From the NCBI GenBank assembly GCA_964035545.1, contig OZ037765.1, positions 3,038,001 to 3,102,000 on the forward strand: a DNA stretch of 64,000 nt, in the 5' to 3' direction. Made by a program: the position numbers and the translations under genes. Position 1 is the first letter of the stretch; every line of letters begins with the position of its first letter. This stretch comes from Bugula neritina (taxonomy: Eukaryota > Animalia > Bryozoa). Positions 1 to 11,300 of this stretch are shown here, piece after piece. The notes under the pieces are model-generated. The model searched no databases. It saw only the letters and a list, made by a program, of their open reading frames with translations, and was not told where the DNA came from.

Positions 1-94
1 GGAATTTAGGACATAAAGGAAAACCACACAACAGCTATAATAATATTTACAAAACGGTTACACAACTGCATGATGCAATGTCATGCACATTACA
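1..94 (-). repeat. 3' LTR (partial, truncated by window edge)
   Basis: 94/94 identical to 4079-4172; begins TGT on the minus strand at 94. Confidence 0.95.
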
Positions 95-103
95 TTTCCC
101 CCT
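95..103 (-). other. polypurine tract (AGGGGGAAA)
   Basis: Purine run on the element-sense strand immediately before the TGT start of the 3' LTR. Confidence 0.85.
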
Positions 104-152
104 GATCTTATCAGATCAAACAGATATATAATAAAACAAAAAGAAAAAACGT

Positions 153-3100
153 TTAGTCATCTACATAAAAGTCTGCTAACCACCTAGGTGGCCGTCTATC
201 TCTTACTGGTCGATCAATCACTTCGTCTACACTTTCACCTTCCTCAACATTTTCACCTTCCTCAACATTTTCACCATCCACAACTCTATTTGCATCTGCA
301 TCCTCATCAGCATTATCTGGGCTCAGGTTAATTTCAATGTCTCCATGTACCTGAGATTGCTGTTTTGTACTGGACGAAACGTCACCACTTTCCCTGTTCC
401 CTGCATTAGCCAGTCGGACATCACTTATATGTCGTGTCATACCATCTACCATCACCGCAGTGTTTGACACAACCCTGGTAATCATGCCCTGTGGCCATGC
501 AGTTGTGCATTTAGAATTCACAGGTTTTACATAAACTTTGTCTCCTACATTGTAGGGGTTTTTTGTAATGTCTGTGGGCTTGCCTATTGCTGATGGTGAT
601 ACTTTAGGCAGCTTTACATCATAACTGTATAAACTTTGTGAGGGTACTACATTGTTACTATTTGGGGTGTTGTTGTACCAAAATACCATATTTTCTATTG
701 AAGATCTAGTTCGAGCTGCCATTCTTTTTATAGTCCTGTGATTGCGCTCTATGACACCATTCCCAGATGCTCTATAAGCACAGCTAAATATGTGCTGTAC
801 ATCCCATTGCCTCAGTAGCTGTTCCAATCTGTCACTTCTGAAACATGGTCCGTTGTCTGACAGTAACTCTGTTGGTGGACCACGTTGCTGAAACACCTTT
901 AGTAGCTGATTTACCACAGAGTCAGCAGTCTCATTCTGCAACTTTATCCACACAGCGAATCTACTTGGGCCACAGTCGATAATAGTCAAGTATGGTACAC
1001 GATTATAATGACTCACATCCATTGCCAGCCTATACCAATTCTCATTGACCTCCAGAACTCCTCTTTCCCATTGCACTGGAGAAGGATCAATACTCCTGCA
1101 CACAGCACATTCCTTGACTACTCTTTCAACTAACTCCTTGTCTATGCCTCCTCCGAATTTACATTTAGCTAAATAAAATGTTCTTTCAATGCCCAAATGA
1201 TGCATTCCATGCAGCTTGGCTATTTCATCCTTCAGGTCAGCTACATCAGGAGTTGTCACACCTGCACTTGCACAGGTTATTCGCTTACTAAGCCATGCTG
1301 AACTCACCCGTGTCAGAGCATCCGCCCAATTCTCAGCTGATTTCACTAAATGTATTTTTAATGACAGCTTGTACTCTTCTATCAGTTCTGCTATAACACC
1401 TAACCTACGTTTCACAATCATCTCATTCATGCCATTAACTTTTGGTCTGACACTATCATTGATTACAGATGTGACCCACCTGAATACTGACATTGAATCG
1501 GTTTTCACTACAATGTTGCATAGATTCCATTTTAAAGCCAGATTTAGGCCTTTTACCACAGCTTCTAACTCTGCTACATTAATGTGGGTGCAATCATCGG
1601 GTTTTCTCATCCACGAAGCATCCTCCACTATCTGGCCATCTATTTGCACAGACACCCCTATTGCCAAACTGCTTGCATCACACCATACAGTGCCTGCATC
1701 AGTATTAGCCACATGCCACTTTCCTTTCACAGGATCAGATTTTGCAACTCTATCTAATGTCTCTAACAACATTTTTTGGACGTGGTCAGACACAGCACTA
1801 TCCCACATATCTGATTGCGTCAACCTTTTCATAAAACTGCATGCTACCCTAAGCCACCCTGCTACAGGAAAATGTCCAGTCAGTTTACCACACACCGAAA
1901 ACAGCTCTCGCTTGCTTATGTTGCTATTTGACTCAAGAGATGGGAGCTCACCATCACGCTGCCAGCTATAACATGACATGCCGCCTCTCCACCCCTCTCT
2001 AACCCTTAGCCCTAAAACTCTAGCATTACTCAGTTTCTCTGGTTCTTTAGTTACCAGACCAAACTTCAACAAATGATTTCGAACTACTTCTACCGAAACA
2101 ACAGTCTCATCAACTATAATGTCATCTATATAACTATCAGTACCTTTGCGTATAGTGTCATCTTGAGCCAAGACTGTAGATAAAACTTTTGACATGATTT
2201 TAGGCGCCACATTTAAACCAAAACCTAACCTAGTCATTACATAGATCTTACCCTCATACCGTACAGCTTGGAACTTTTGCAAATCACTATCCACATGAAG
2301 TTGTAAGTAAGCTTTTCTTAGATCTAGCAAACTGGCATTGTCATCAAGTAACCTCCATTTCCTCAATTTATCCTGACAAATGGCAGTGTCACCACTGGGC
2401 TTACTGTAGATGTATTTGTTGAGTTCTCTACTATAATCCATAACAGGTCGGACCTGGGTTGGTTTATTTGGCTGGGCAGCAGCCATCAATGGTACAATTC
2501 CAGTGACTGTACCATGCAATTTATTGTCATACAATTGTAGCCATCCATCATTAATCCATTGCTGAATCTGCTCATGGTAACTCTGTTTGAATTTGTCTTT
2601 TACAGCATACTGACCACATTGATTCTGTAATATCGGCTCACCATTTTCCCATTTCCACCTCACTGTCCATTTTTTACCATCAAATTTAGCATTAAAGTCA
2701 ATGTCACTAACAAAAAGTTCACCTTTACTATCACTAGTTAATGTCTTATCAAATCTATCTACTCCTACACCTACACTAACAGCACTAACTTTACCTACTT
2801 CTGTTGTTGGTTCAACTGCAGGAAACATCACTTGCTTATTCCTAGTAATTGTCACACCACCTAATTTGCTAATAGCATCCATTCCCAAAATTAAAGAGCA
2901 ACCACCTACTAACATTGGAGCTATTAAACATTTTACAGAGAGACGACGATTTCTAACCTGCACTGCTAATTGAGCTTCACCCCTACATTTAGTTATTTGT
3001 CCATTTAGCATTAAAATCCTCCGTTCAGGACCACATGGTGCAACACCTATTTGAGTACAAAATCTTTCTAACACTACTGATTGTTCACAACCACTATCTA

Positions 3101-3224
3101 CTAGTGCTTTTATGCTCACACTGTTTACATTTAAAGTTATTAGTGGTAGCACCGAATCGTAATTTAGTTGTTGGGGTGAGCATCCGGTGCTGACACTGCC
3201 CCAGCGCCGTTTCCCTGTGGGCAA
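153..3224 (-). CDS. pol: Pol polyprotein (aspartic protease, RT, RNase H, integrase), probably expressed by -1 frameshift from gag
   Basis: Protease LVDSGC; RT LDLRKAYLQ / LGFGL / YIDD; RNase H WCDAS..AELEA..TDS; integrase HHCC (HGMHH..CAVC) and D-D35-E (MDV / SDNG / IERN). 1023-aa uninterrupted ORF. Confidence 0.96.
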   Translation of the reverse strand: MPTGKRRWGSVSTGCSPQQLNYDSVLPLITLNVNSVSIKALVDSGCEQSVVLERFCTQIGVAPCGPERRILMLNGQITKCRGEAQLAVQVRNRRLSVKCLIAPMLVGGCSLILGMDAISKLGGVTITRNKQVMFPAVEPTTEVGKVSAVSVGVGVDRFDKTLTSDSKGELFVSDIDFNAKFDGKKWTVRWKWENGEPILQNQCGQYAVKDKFKQSYHEQIQQWINDGWLQLYDNKLHGTVTGIVPLMAAAQPNKPTQVRPVMDYSRELNKYIYSKPSGDTAICQDKLRKWRLLDDNASLLDLRKAYLQLHVDSDLQKFQAVRYEGKIYVMTRLGFGLNVAPKIMSKVLSTVLAQDDTIRKGTDSYIDDIIVDETVVSVEVVRNHLLKFGLVTKEPEKLSNARVLGLRVREGWRGGMSCYSWQRDGELPSLESNSNISKRELFSVCGKLTGHFPVAGWLRVACSFMKRLTQSDMWDSAVSDHVQKMLLETLDRVAKSDPVKGKWHVANTDAGTVWCDASSLAIGVSVQIDGQIVEDASWMRKPDDCTHINVAELEAVVKGLNLALKWNLCNIVVKTDSMSVFRWVTSVINDSVRPKVNGMNEMIVKRRLGVIAELIEEYKLSLKIHLVKSAENWADALTRVSSAWLSKRITCASAGVTTPDVADLKDEIAKLHGMHHLGIERTFYLAKCKFGGGIDKELVERVVKECAVCRSIDPSPVQWERGVLEVNENWYRLAMDVSHYNRVPYLTIIDCGPSRFAVWIKLQNETADSVVNQLLKVFQQRGPPTELLSDNGPCFRSDRLEQLLRQWDVQHIFSCAYRASGNGVIERNHRTIKRMAARTRSSIENMVFWYNNTPNSNNVVPSQSLYSYDVKLPKVSPSAIGKPTDITKNPYNVGDKVYVKPVNSKCTTAWPQGMITRVVSNTAVMVDGMTRHISDVRLANAGNRESGDVSSSTKQQSQVHGDIEINLSPDNADEDADANRVVDGENVEEGENVEEGESVDEVIDRPVRDRRPPRWLADFYVDD

Positions 3225-3931
3225 TTCCTACTAATATGCCCCCAAGCCTGACAATTATAGCACTGAATGCTCCATCTTCTGTATTGTTGATGATTATTGG
3301 CATTCCGATTAGCATTCATGTTCCCATTTTGACTTTTTCCCGTGTTACAGCTCCAAGCTGAATGGTGTGGTGAAAAACATTTAAAACACTTTCTAGTAAC
3401 ATTCCTACCAGCAGCACAGGGTGTCAAAGTGTCTACAGTTGCTGTTGATAACATTATCCTAGCTCTACCAACTAACTCTTCTAAGCTCAACTTTTCAACA
3501 GCAGCGACAGATTTTATTTGTGTAGCAACATCCACTGGCAAACCAGCAATAAATGCACATTTCAGTAAAGGCTCAGGAGTTTTCTGACCTATCAGTGTTA
3601 CTAGCCTTCTCAAGTCAGCTACATAGACATCTACAGCCTCACCTTCTTTTAGACTTCTTGATCTAAGTTGATCGTAAGCACTGTAACTGCTCTCACAGAA
3701 TGACGTCATCAGTTCAGCCTTTAACTTCGGAAAGTCTGATTTAACATCCTCTGAAAACTGCTTATACACAGCAAACGCTGGACCTGCCAAGAATAATGGC
3801 AGAAACGATGCAAGATCTTCTACTTTCTGTAACTTTGCTACTAGCTCCAGCTTCTCACACCACTCAGTAAAGTCTCCACTAACCGAACTGTCCTCATAAT
3901 TTTTCACTAGATCCGACACCCTGACTGCCAT
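3164..3931 (-). CDS. gag: Gag with two CCHC zinc knuckles
   Basis: 255-aa ORF with CFKCFSPHHSAWSC and CYNCQAWGHISRNC; starts 31 nt downstream of the 5' LTR. Confidence 0.93.
   Translation of the reverse strand: MAVRVSDLVKNYEDSSVSGDFTEWCEKLELVAKLQKVEDLASFLPLFLAGPAFAVYKQFSEDVKSDFPKLKAELMTSFCESSYSAYDQLRSRSLKEGEAVDVYVADLRRLVTLIGQKTPEPLLKCAFIAGLPVDVATQIKSVAAVEKLSLEELVGRARIMLSTATVDTLTPCAAGRNVTRKCFKCFSPHHSAWSCNTGKSQNGNMNANRNANNHQQYRRWSIQCYNCQAWGHISRNCPQGNGAGAVSAPDAHPNN
3209..3215 (-). promoter_or_regulatory. -1 ribosomal frameshift slippery site G_GGA_AAC
   Basis: X_XXY_YYZ heptamer in gag frame (CAG GGA AAC) within the gag/pol overlap. A -1 slip yields GGG AAA CGG CGC TGG, matching pol GKRRW. A potential stem (TGGGG...CCCCA, AGCA...TGCT) follows. 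Confidence 0.85.
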
Positions 3932-3950
3932 ATTTCTACCACTGATAAAC

Positions 3951-3962
3951 GCCGAAATAGCT
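3951..3962 (-). other. atypical primer-binding site, complementary to tRNA-Phe nt 1-12
   Basis: Element-sense AGCTATTTCGGC directly abuts the 5' LTR. Plus-strand GCCGAAATAGCT equals the first 12 nt of the tRNA-Phe at 54273. Confidence 0.75.
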
Positions 3963-4172
3963 TGTAATAGTATTATACTTGAAGTTCACTGAAATATCTT
4001 TATTTTGAAAGCACAACTAATCACTACGAACACATTTCTAAGACAGACAACATATATTATATAAACCACAAAGATGAAGGAATTTAGGACATAAAGGAAA
4101 ACCACACAACAGCTATAATAATATTTACAAAACGGTTACACAACTGCATGATGCAATGTCATGCACATTACA
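3963..4172 (-). repeat. 5' LTR, 210 bp
   Basis: Bounded by TGTAAT...ATTACA inverted termini; the distal 94 bp are duplicated at 1-94. Confidence 0.92.
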
Positions 4173-5366
4173 TCAATATTTCATCTACATCCCTTGTTTT
4201 GTGGTGCCAGGTCACATATGTTTTTAGTTCACTTTTAATTTATAAAAACCTAATTTTGAATGTTGTTTCAACATTGTTTTTTTCTGCTATTCATTGTTTA
4301 AAATTAAATATCATTTTATATCCATGGCTGTGCATGTAGTTTACTCATTTACTGATTTTAATTATACTTAGTCTTATACTTTTACTTATTATTATAGTAA
4401 TCGTAATGACTAATACTAATAAGTAATAGTTATATTTATAGTAATACTATTACTAAAAGTAATACTAATGCTAATAGTAATAGTATAGTAATAGTAAAAC
4501 GAAATAAAATACTTATACTAGTAGTAATACTATTACTAATACTAATAGTATTAATATTACTATTAGTATTACTATTAGTATTACTATTACTATTAGTATT
4601 ACTATTAGTGTTACATTTACAATTCAGTATTTGAATAGTGGAAACATATTAATATTAGAACCCATAATGATAAAGATAATCATAATGAAACTCATAGTGA
4701 TAATCACTTTAAGTTTATCATGATGATGATAGGTAAACTTAATGTTATTCTATTTAGTTGATAATGATTATAATAATGATAATGATGATAATATCAATAT
4801 GTGAAGCTCTAAGTACTCTTAAGTATATCAATATGTGTAGGTTGAAGATACATATTAAAATTATAATCATAATGATTATTATATATGTTAATATTACATT
4901 CTCAATCCAAATTTATGTGAACCATAGCCCATAAAGTGATAAACAAAATATGAATGAGTGTTTAGTTGCAGCTTGCTATATCAGTCAATAACCAAAATGT
5001 CTTTCAGGAAAATTTGAAATCAATGTGTTTAGTCTTGAAAGCACCCTGCAGCACCTTCATAATACTTTTGAATGAAACATTTAATAGCTTACAAAATTCA
5101 CAATTAGCATGGCATCAAATTTCTTGTGTAAGTTAAACCAAGTTGATTTTAGTTGCCTATATTATAAAACCTAATTTTCAGAGAAGAAATTTGTTTTCCA
5201 TGCATAAGTTTTTGTGAAAGCTTTGATTTTTATGCAGTAAATTTGCAAGAATTTTGCAATTTCTTATATTAGTTCTTGTTTGTATAAATTTCATCCAAAG
5301 TTGTAGCTGTTAGTAGATTTTTTGGTGAACACACAAATATTTTGTAGGAAGATTTCTCAATAGAAA

Positions 5367-8300
5367 ATGGAAGTTTTTCAAAGAATCACCTCTGCTATAG
5401 GAAAGGATAATGCTGAATGTCTCATTGAACTATTTGGTGAACCAGATATTAAGCAGTTCTGTAAAGATCTTAAACAAGATGATTCTACTTCACTCCAGGT
5501 GAAAACTGTACTAAACATATGATTTAGTATCCTACAAGCCATAATTTTGTTGCTTTTAAATTGTCTGTATGTAATATATCACAATTTATCAGCTTCTCTC
5601 TAATATGTATCAAATTCAATCTATTAGAGTGCTTTTTGTCTATACTAAAAGCTGTAAAGTCATAGCTCCAAAAAAACAATTACAATAATCCTATAATTCT
5701 ACATTATAATTATAATAATGCTTTAAAATAATCTTAGTTAGTCTCAAGGTAATGTTGAGCATTTTGATATTCAGTTATTATTGATATACCAGTCCTTGTT
5801 TATCATTAGCTCAGTCAGTGTCATATAGCGATGCTTTTTATTGCTAATAATAGATAAAGCTTTGATAGCTTCACAAAATATACTATTCCAGCATCCATTT
5901 GTAGTTTTTTTAATTAACGAGTTCTAGCCAAAGAGACATAAACTACTTGCAAAAGCTACCACTATTATTAGAATATCTTTTATTTTTCCTCTGTTTAATT
6001 ACTCATTCTTCATGACAATATGTTTGGTAGGACAATTTGGAAGAGTTTGTAAGTTTCTGTCGAGCTGTCTCCAGCAGATCTGATGAGATTAAATCAGACC
6101 TTCAACTTTTTGAGGCTGTACAGAAATTTACATATGTATTTGCATCTCCATACGAGTAAGTTTATTACATAATATTATATACGTATACCATGTAATGATA
6201 TATATAATATGCTAACATAAATGCTATTATCATGTATGTTTTGTATACTAGAATGTGCTATGCCTGCAGGATGTTTCACAATAAAATTTATTGCATGCTT
6301 TTGCTCTTAAATTATCATAATTTTATTTATAAAATAAAATACCAGTTTTTAGGATAAAATATGGTAAATTCTACTAGATAACATTATATGTCCAAAGGTG
6401 CTTATCTTATTTTATTGTCGACAAATTAATCTTTTTAATAAATGCTTCTGTAGTGATGAGTTTATTCAGTGGTTCTTGTGGTGTAACGGCTAGCACACTC
6501 GCTTGCAAGCCAGAGGACTCGGGTTCGATTCCCAGTGGGGGCAATCATTTTTCAGCTCCCTGTAGTTGATTTTATTGTTCATTGTTTGGCTTGATTATCC
6601 TCTGTCTAAACTGTGATCTAATTGGTTACTCGCAGAACGCTGCTGGAAGACTGTGATGACCTAGCTACTGAGACTCAACTACGGGACAGCGTAGTGACTA
6701 TCTATAAAATGACTCTCCAAACTGGGTGCCCTGCCCTCTTATCTTCCTACTCTAGTATCCTCAACACTGAAGAGTTCATGCTTTGGGAGGTAACAATATT
6801 TAGAGCTCGATTCAGCTTATACAAGTTTAGAGTTATCAATTTTTATAAGATTTCACGGACAATTTGACACCATACCATTCTTTTGGTTTTACATTTTTCT
6901 GATATAATAGTTTATGTTTAGCTTATACTTTGACATGGTAGTGGTGGAAGTTTGGAATAGTATTATATAATGAATACAATGAAAATCATGAAACTCATTA
7001 AAATAGAATGTAATTATTATACCTTTAGGAAATGGATATTGACACTCAGGTAGAGCTGTGTAAAATGGTAGTTGCTGCTTTCCCCCATATTGTTGTGAAG
7101 ATACCCAAGAAGACAGCAAAGAATGAGACTTTTTTGCTGTACAGCACTATTGTCCTTGATACCTACCAGAACATATGCAACGCACAGCCAAAGAAGATTG
7201 ACAGCAAACTCAAACCTGCGCTTCAAGAAATTATGGGTAAATATTTTCTTCATTGTCATAAGTAATCAAAATGTTTTATTTTTATATAATCAATTCTGTA
7301 AATTTATTTACCTAACAATTGTATTTTTACAATCAATTAAAAGTAGTACAATTTCTTAAAAATATTTTCACATTCCGGTTACAATATGACGTACATATAA
7401 TATATGATACTCGCGTCGCTAGTCTTTATGACATAGTAGCAGTTACTAATTTATTTGTAGAAGCTGCAGCAGATAAAGTTGTTGAATATTCTGGGAAAAA
7501 GATGGACGACTCTAGTTTCTTTTCCTTAATAATAATATTTGCATCTAGTAACCTTTGCTTTGAGGTATAAAATATGAAATCAGATGATCAGTTATATGTT
7601 TGTCATTGTTTATCTATTGCCTGTATATTGTATATCATGTTTAGTCCATCAATATATTTTTCTGTCTGCTTTTAAAAACAAGTTTTAATGTTGAAGACGA
7701 AAGATTTGGATTCCTATGATAATTTTCATGTTTGCAATTGATTTTCAATATTTTGTCTTGAATACATGACCAGATGTGGACGCTGATAGAATAGTTGGGC
7801 GCTGATAGAATAGTTGGGCGCTGATAGAATAGTTGGGCGCTGATAGAATAGTTGGGCGCTGATAGAATAGTTGGGCGCTGATAGAATAGTTGGGCGCTGA
7901 TAGAATAGTTGGGCGCTGATAGAATAGTTGGGCGCTGATAGAATAGTTGGCGGAACCAGTGGTAGTTCACTTTATTGTTTGGTTGTTTTCTTATTATAGA
8001 GAGTGGATTTGTGCATAGACTATATGAAGCCACTGAAGAAGATAAGGGGGTGTGGCCTACCAACCAGTGGTACTGTAGTCACCCTAGTCAACCAGTGTCT
8101 TAGGATGGCCATAGAGAAGCAGGGAGATCAGGTAGATGCTGAGTCAGTACAACATCATATTGATATCTTCCTTAAAGATGGTATAGAAGCTCAAACAGAT
8201 CCCACCCCTGGTAGGTTATTCTATTCTAAGATTCCACCCCTGGTAAATTATTCTGTTTCAAGTACCTCATAGTGGGTGGTCTAATTTTTGACTTTAGTAA

Positions 8301-11300
8301 ATTTGTAGTTTCAAATAGACATCAAGTATTGTTTAAATCACATTAGTAATATTTGTAAGCTATAAAACACTACTGGTTGTTTGAAAAGTTTAAATACCTA
8401 CCTTTTTTCTCTAATTTTTCATGATGAGTTTCATAGGCAAAATGTGAGTAAGGAAGTATATTCTAATAAAATAGTATATAATGTATATATGATTTTATAA
8501 ATATAACTTTGTTGAAATTTTTGCACAGATTTATTGCTGCAAGTCTACCCTAATCAGCCAGATGTGATCCACAGAAACCTCTTTGCAGTCGTTAGACATT
8601 TATCAGACATGTCGGTCTATAACAACCTTCGGGTGTGTCAGCTGATAAAGGAAGTGGCCACCCTCAATCCACAAGTAAGTCCCAAGGCTATATATTTCTG
8701 TAAGGAAAATAGTTTCATGCTTGCTTTTAGCATCATTATATTCTGTAGCTAAAATCCTGCCTTTGAATCCATTGATTATGTTATAGTTTACAAACTATGT
8801 AGTTTTATTGCTATATTTGCTTTTTAATACTATTTGCTGTTTAGCATATTTCATAGCCAACTTTGAATTTATCCAGTATTTATATATTTTTAATCCATGT
8901 AAATACATTTTGATAGATGACACGGTATGTAACTGCGGGAGTTGTCCTATTTCTTACCTCTGTCTAAAGTAACTGTTGGAAATGTTACTAACTCAGATTT
9001 GTCTTCCCTTGTACCATGTCTTTATATTTCTTCTGTTGAATTATCTCTATTAAAGTGACAAGTATTTGATAATATCAACTCATGATTTATGTATCTATCT
9101 TTTAATCTATTTTTAATATAATGCTTGTCTGTTTTTTATTAAATAATTGTTATATTTTTATGAACTGCGCATGATTTTAACCCACAGGTTATTGACAAGG
9201 CTATATTGGAGTTGCTATACCCTTGTCTTAAAGAAATGGCCACTCAGTACTACTCCTTAGATGCATTGACAAAGATTAGCCTTCAGTACGGGCATCAAAT
9301 AGACCTCCAACAGTTGCTGAAGTTTGCTGAGGCTACACCTATCTACATGTACACAGTGTGTGAAGTGCTAGGCAATATTGGTACTGGATCCAACTCTACC
9401 ACGGTATTATAGTTATTAGTAATAATAATATATAGAGTTACAGTCAATAGTAATAGTATATAGAGTTACAGTTAATAGTAATAGTATATAGAGCTACAGT
9501 TATTAGTAATAGTATATAGAGTTACAGTCAATAGTAATATTATATAGATTTACAGTTAATAGTAATAGTATGTAGAGTTACAGTCCATAGTAATAGTATA
9601 TAGAGTTACAGTCAATAGTAATAGTATATAGAGTTACAGTTAATAGTAATAGTATATAGAGTTACAGTTGATAGTAATAGTATATAGTTAAAGACTGTAA
9701 GTTTCTGGCCTATAATATTCTAAACTTTGGTATTGTGCTATTAGCATATTATAGTATGATTGTTTTCATCATTAAAATACGTGAACTCAGTACAAGATGT
9801 TATAAAACTAACTGTACCATTTTCAACACTTTATTATATATTTTTGAACAAATCAATAATTTCTGCAGGCAAAAGCTGAGGAGATACTAAACTGGCTGCT
9901 GACGCAATGTATGAACCCCTCCATGTCGTCTCACAGAGCCTCCATGTTGAACACAGCCAAGACTATCGGAATGAAATACAGGAAACAGCTTCTTCAACTC
10001 AAACCTCTCATTCTCACGATGAATGCCGACGTGGCAATTAAAGATGCGACTGACTCCATATTGGATATGTTAGAAGATCGGAGGTGAGGTGTTGCAGTGT
10101 GGCTTTGATATTATGCTATGTAGCATAAGATGCTAGCCATCACTGCACTTTTTATGGACTCTCTGACACAATTTTATGGAAAGAGTTTTTGTGGACCTAG
10201 TAATATATGTATGAAAATATAAAATGCATGTAAATCTTGAAAGTTATTGAATCTATTTTACAATATCAAATTTACACCAGAAAAATAATTTGTTTGATGT
10301 AAGAGTCACACAAAAGTCACCCATGGCATCATCTAAAATGTATTTTGTATAACTTTTTGAACATTTTTAAATTTATGCATTGACCGTTGATATTTATTTT
10401 TTCAATGTACAAATGCTATGCTTTTGTTGTCTATTTGCAAGTGGCCTTATGTTATGTCTTACCTTTTCTAAAAGTATCAAACAAAGATATTCATTTATAT
10501 TAGCAAGTAATTGTTTGTATCAATGTGATGGTAACAAGTTTCAGTTAATCTATAAAGGCGAGTTGAATCAACTGAAACTCAGTATTTTATTGATGATATA
10601 AAAACACTCTGAGTATTTTATTGTTGGGTTTCAGTCTGGTTGGTGTGAGTAAGAAGGTGGAAGCCAACACAGAACGGCTGGAGACAGTAACTGAAGATCT
10701 GACTGAAACTAAAGACAACGTGGCCAGAATTGATGAGACTGTACAGCAACACTCTGAAGATATCAATAATCTCAACACTGAAGTTACACTACAGAGAGAG
10801 GAGTTGGAGGTGGTGAAGGCAGAACTCGCTGAGGCTATGATTGACATTGAGAGAATAGACAGAAAGGTAACCTCTGATCAAATGGCGGTCTTTAATTTAT
10901 TATTTAAAATTATATTACAAATATTTCACATATTTATACTTCACATTGAAATACCAAGTTACAAAGTGTATTATTAAATATTTATAGACTGTGGACACAA
11001 CTCCAACTTGGTCACATGACGTAGCCAAGTTGCTAGATCCTGAGTCTAACACTGATTGGAGACTCCTTGCTAAAAGACTGAGCTACAGTAATGATGACCT
11101 GAAAGCATGGGCGGCTCACCACAGCCCCTGTATGAGTATGTTAGTTGAGTGGTTTGCTACTCACAACAGCTCTGAGGCTACAAGAGCCGTCTACATTGTG
11201 CTCAAGGATATGGGAAGAGATGATGCTGCCACTGTGGTAGCTGACGCCATGAAGGCAGCAGGTAACTTCTTAGCATATTTTCTTATGGTTTTTGTAAACT

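Larger units (their letters stand above)
1..4172 (-). mobile_element. Ty3/Gypsy-type LTR retrotransposon, intact (3' LTR runs off the window start)
   Basis: gag and pol ORFs in PR-RT-RH-IN order. The 5' LTR is 3963-4172 (TGTAAT...ATTACA). Positions 1-94 are identical to 4079-4172. A polypurine tract lies next to the 3' LTR. Confidence 0.97.

Noticed and set aside
1216-3587. Plus-strand ORFs of 251, 90 and 81 aa within the retrotransposon
   Set aside because: Antisense shadows of gag and pol with no recognisable motifs.
3932-3941. TGGTAG on the minus strand as a canonical tRNA-iMet PBS
   Set aside because: It lies about 20 nt from the LTR and matches only 6 nt of the expected TGGTAGCAGA.
6471-6543. 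Functional tRNA-Ala gene
   Set aside because: The acceptor stem pairs almost only through G-U, and diverged copies occur elsewhere in the window; better explained as a SINE head.
7779-9688. Regular repeats as CRISPR arrays
   Set aside because: No unique spacers, and the context is eukaryotic introns.
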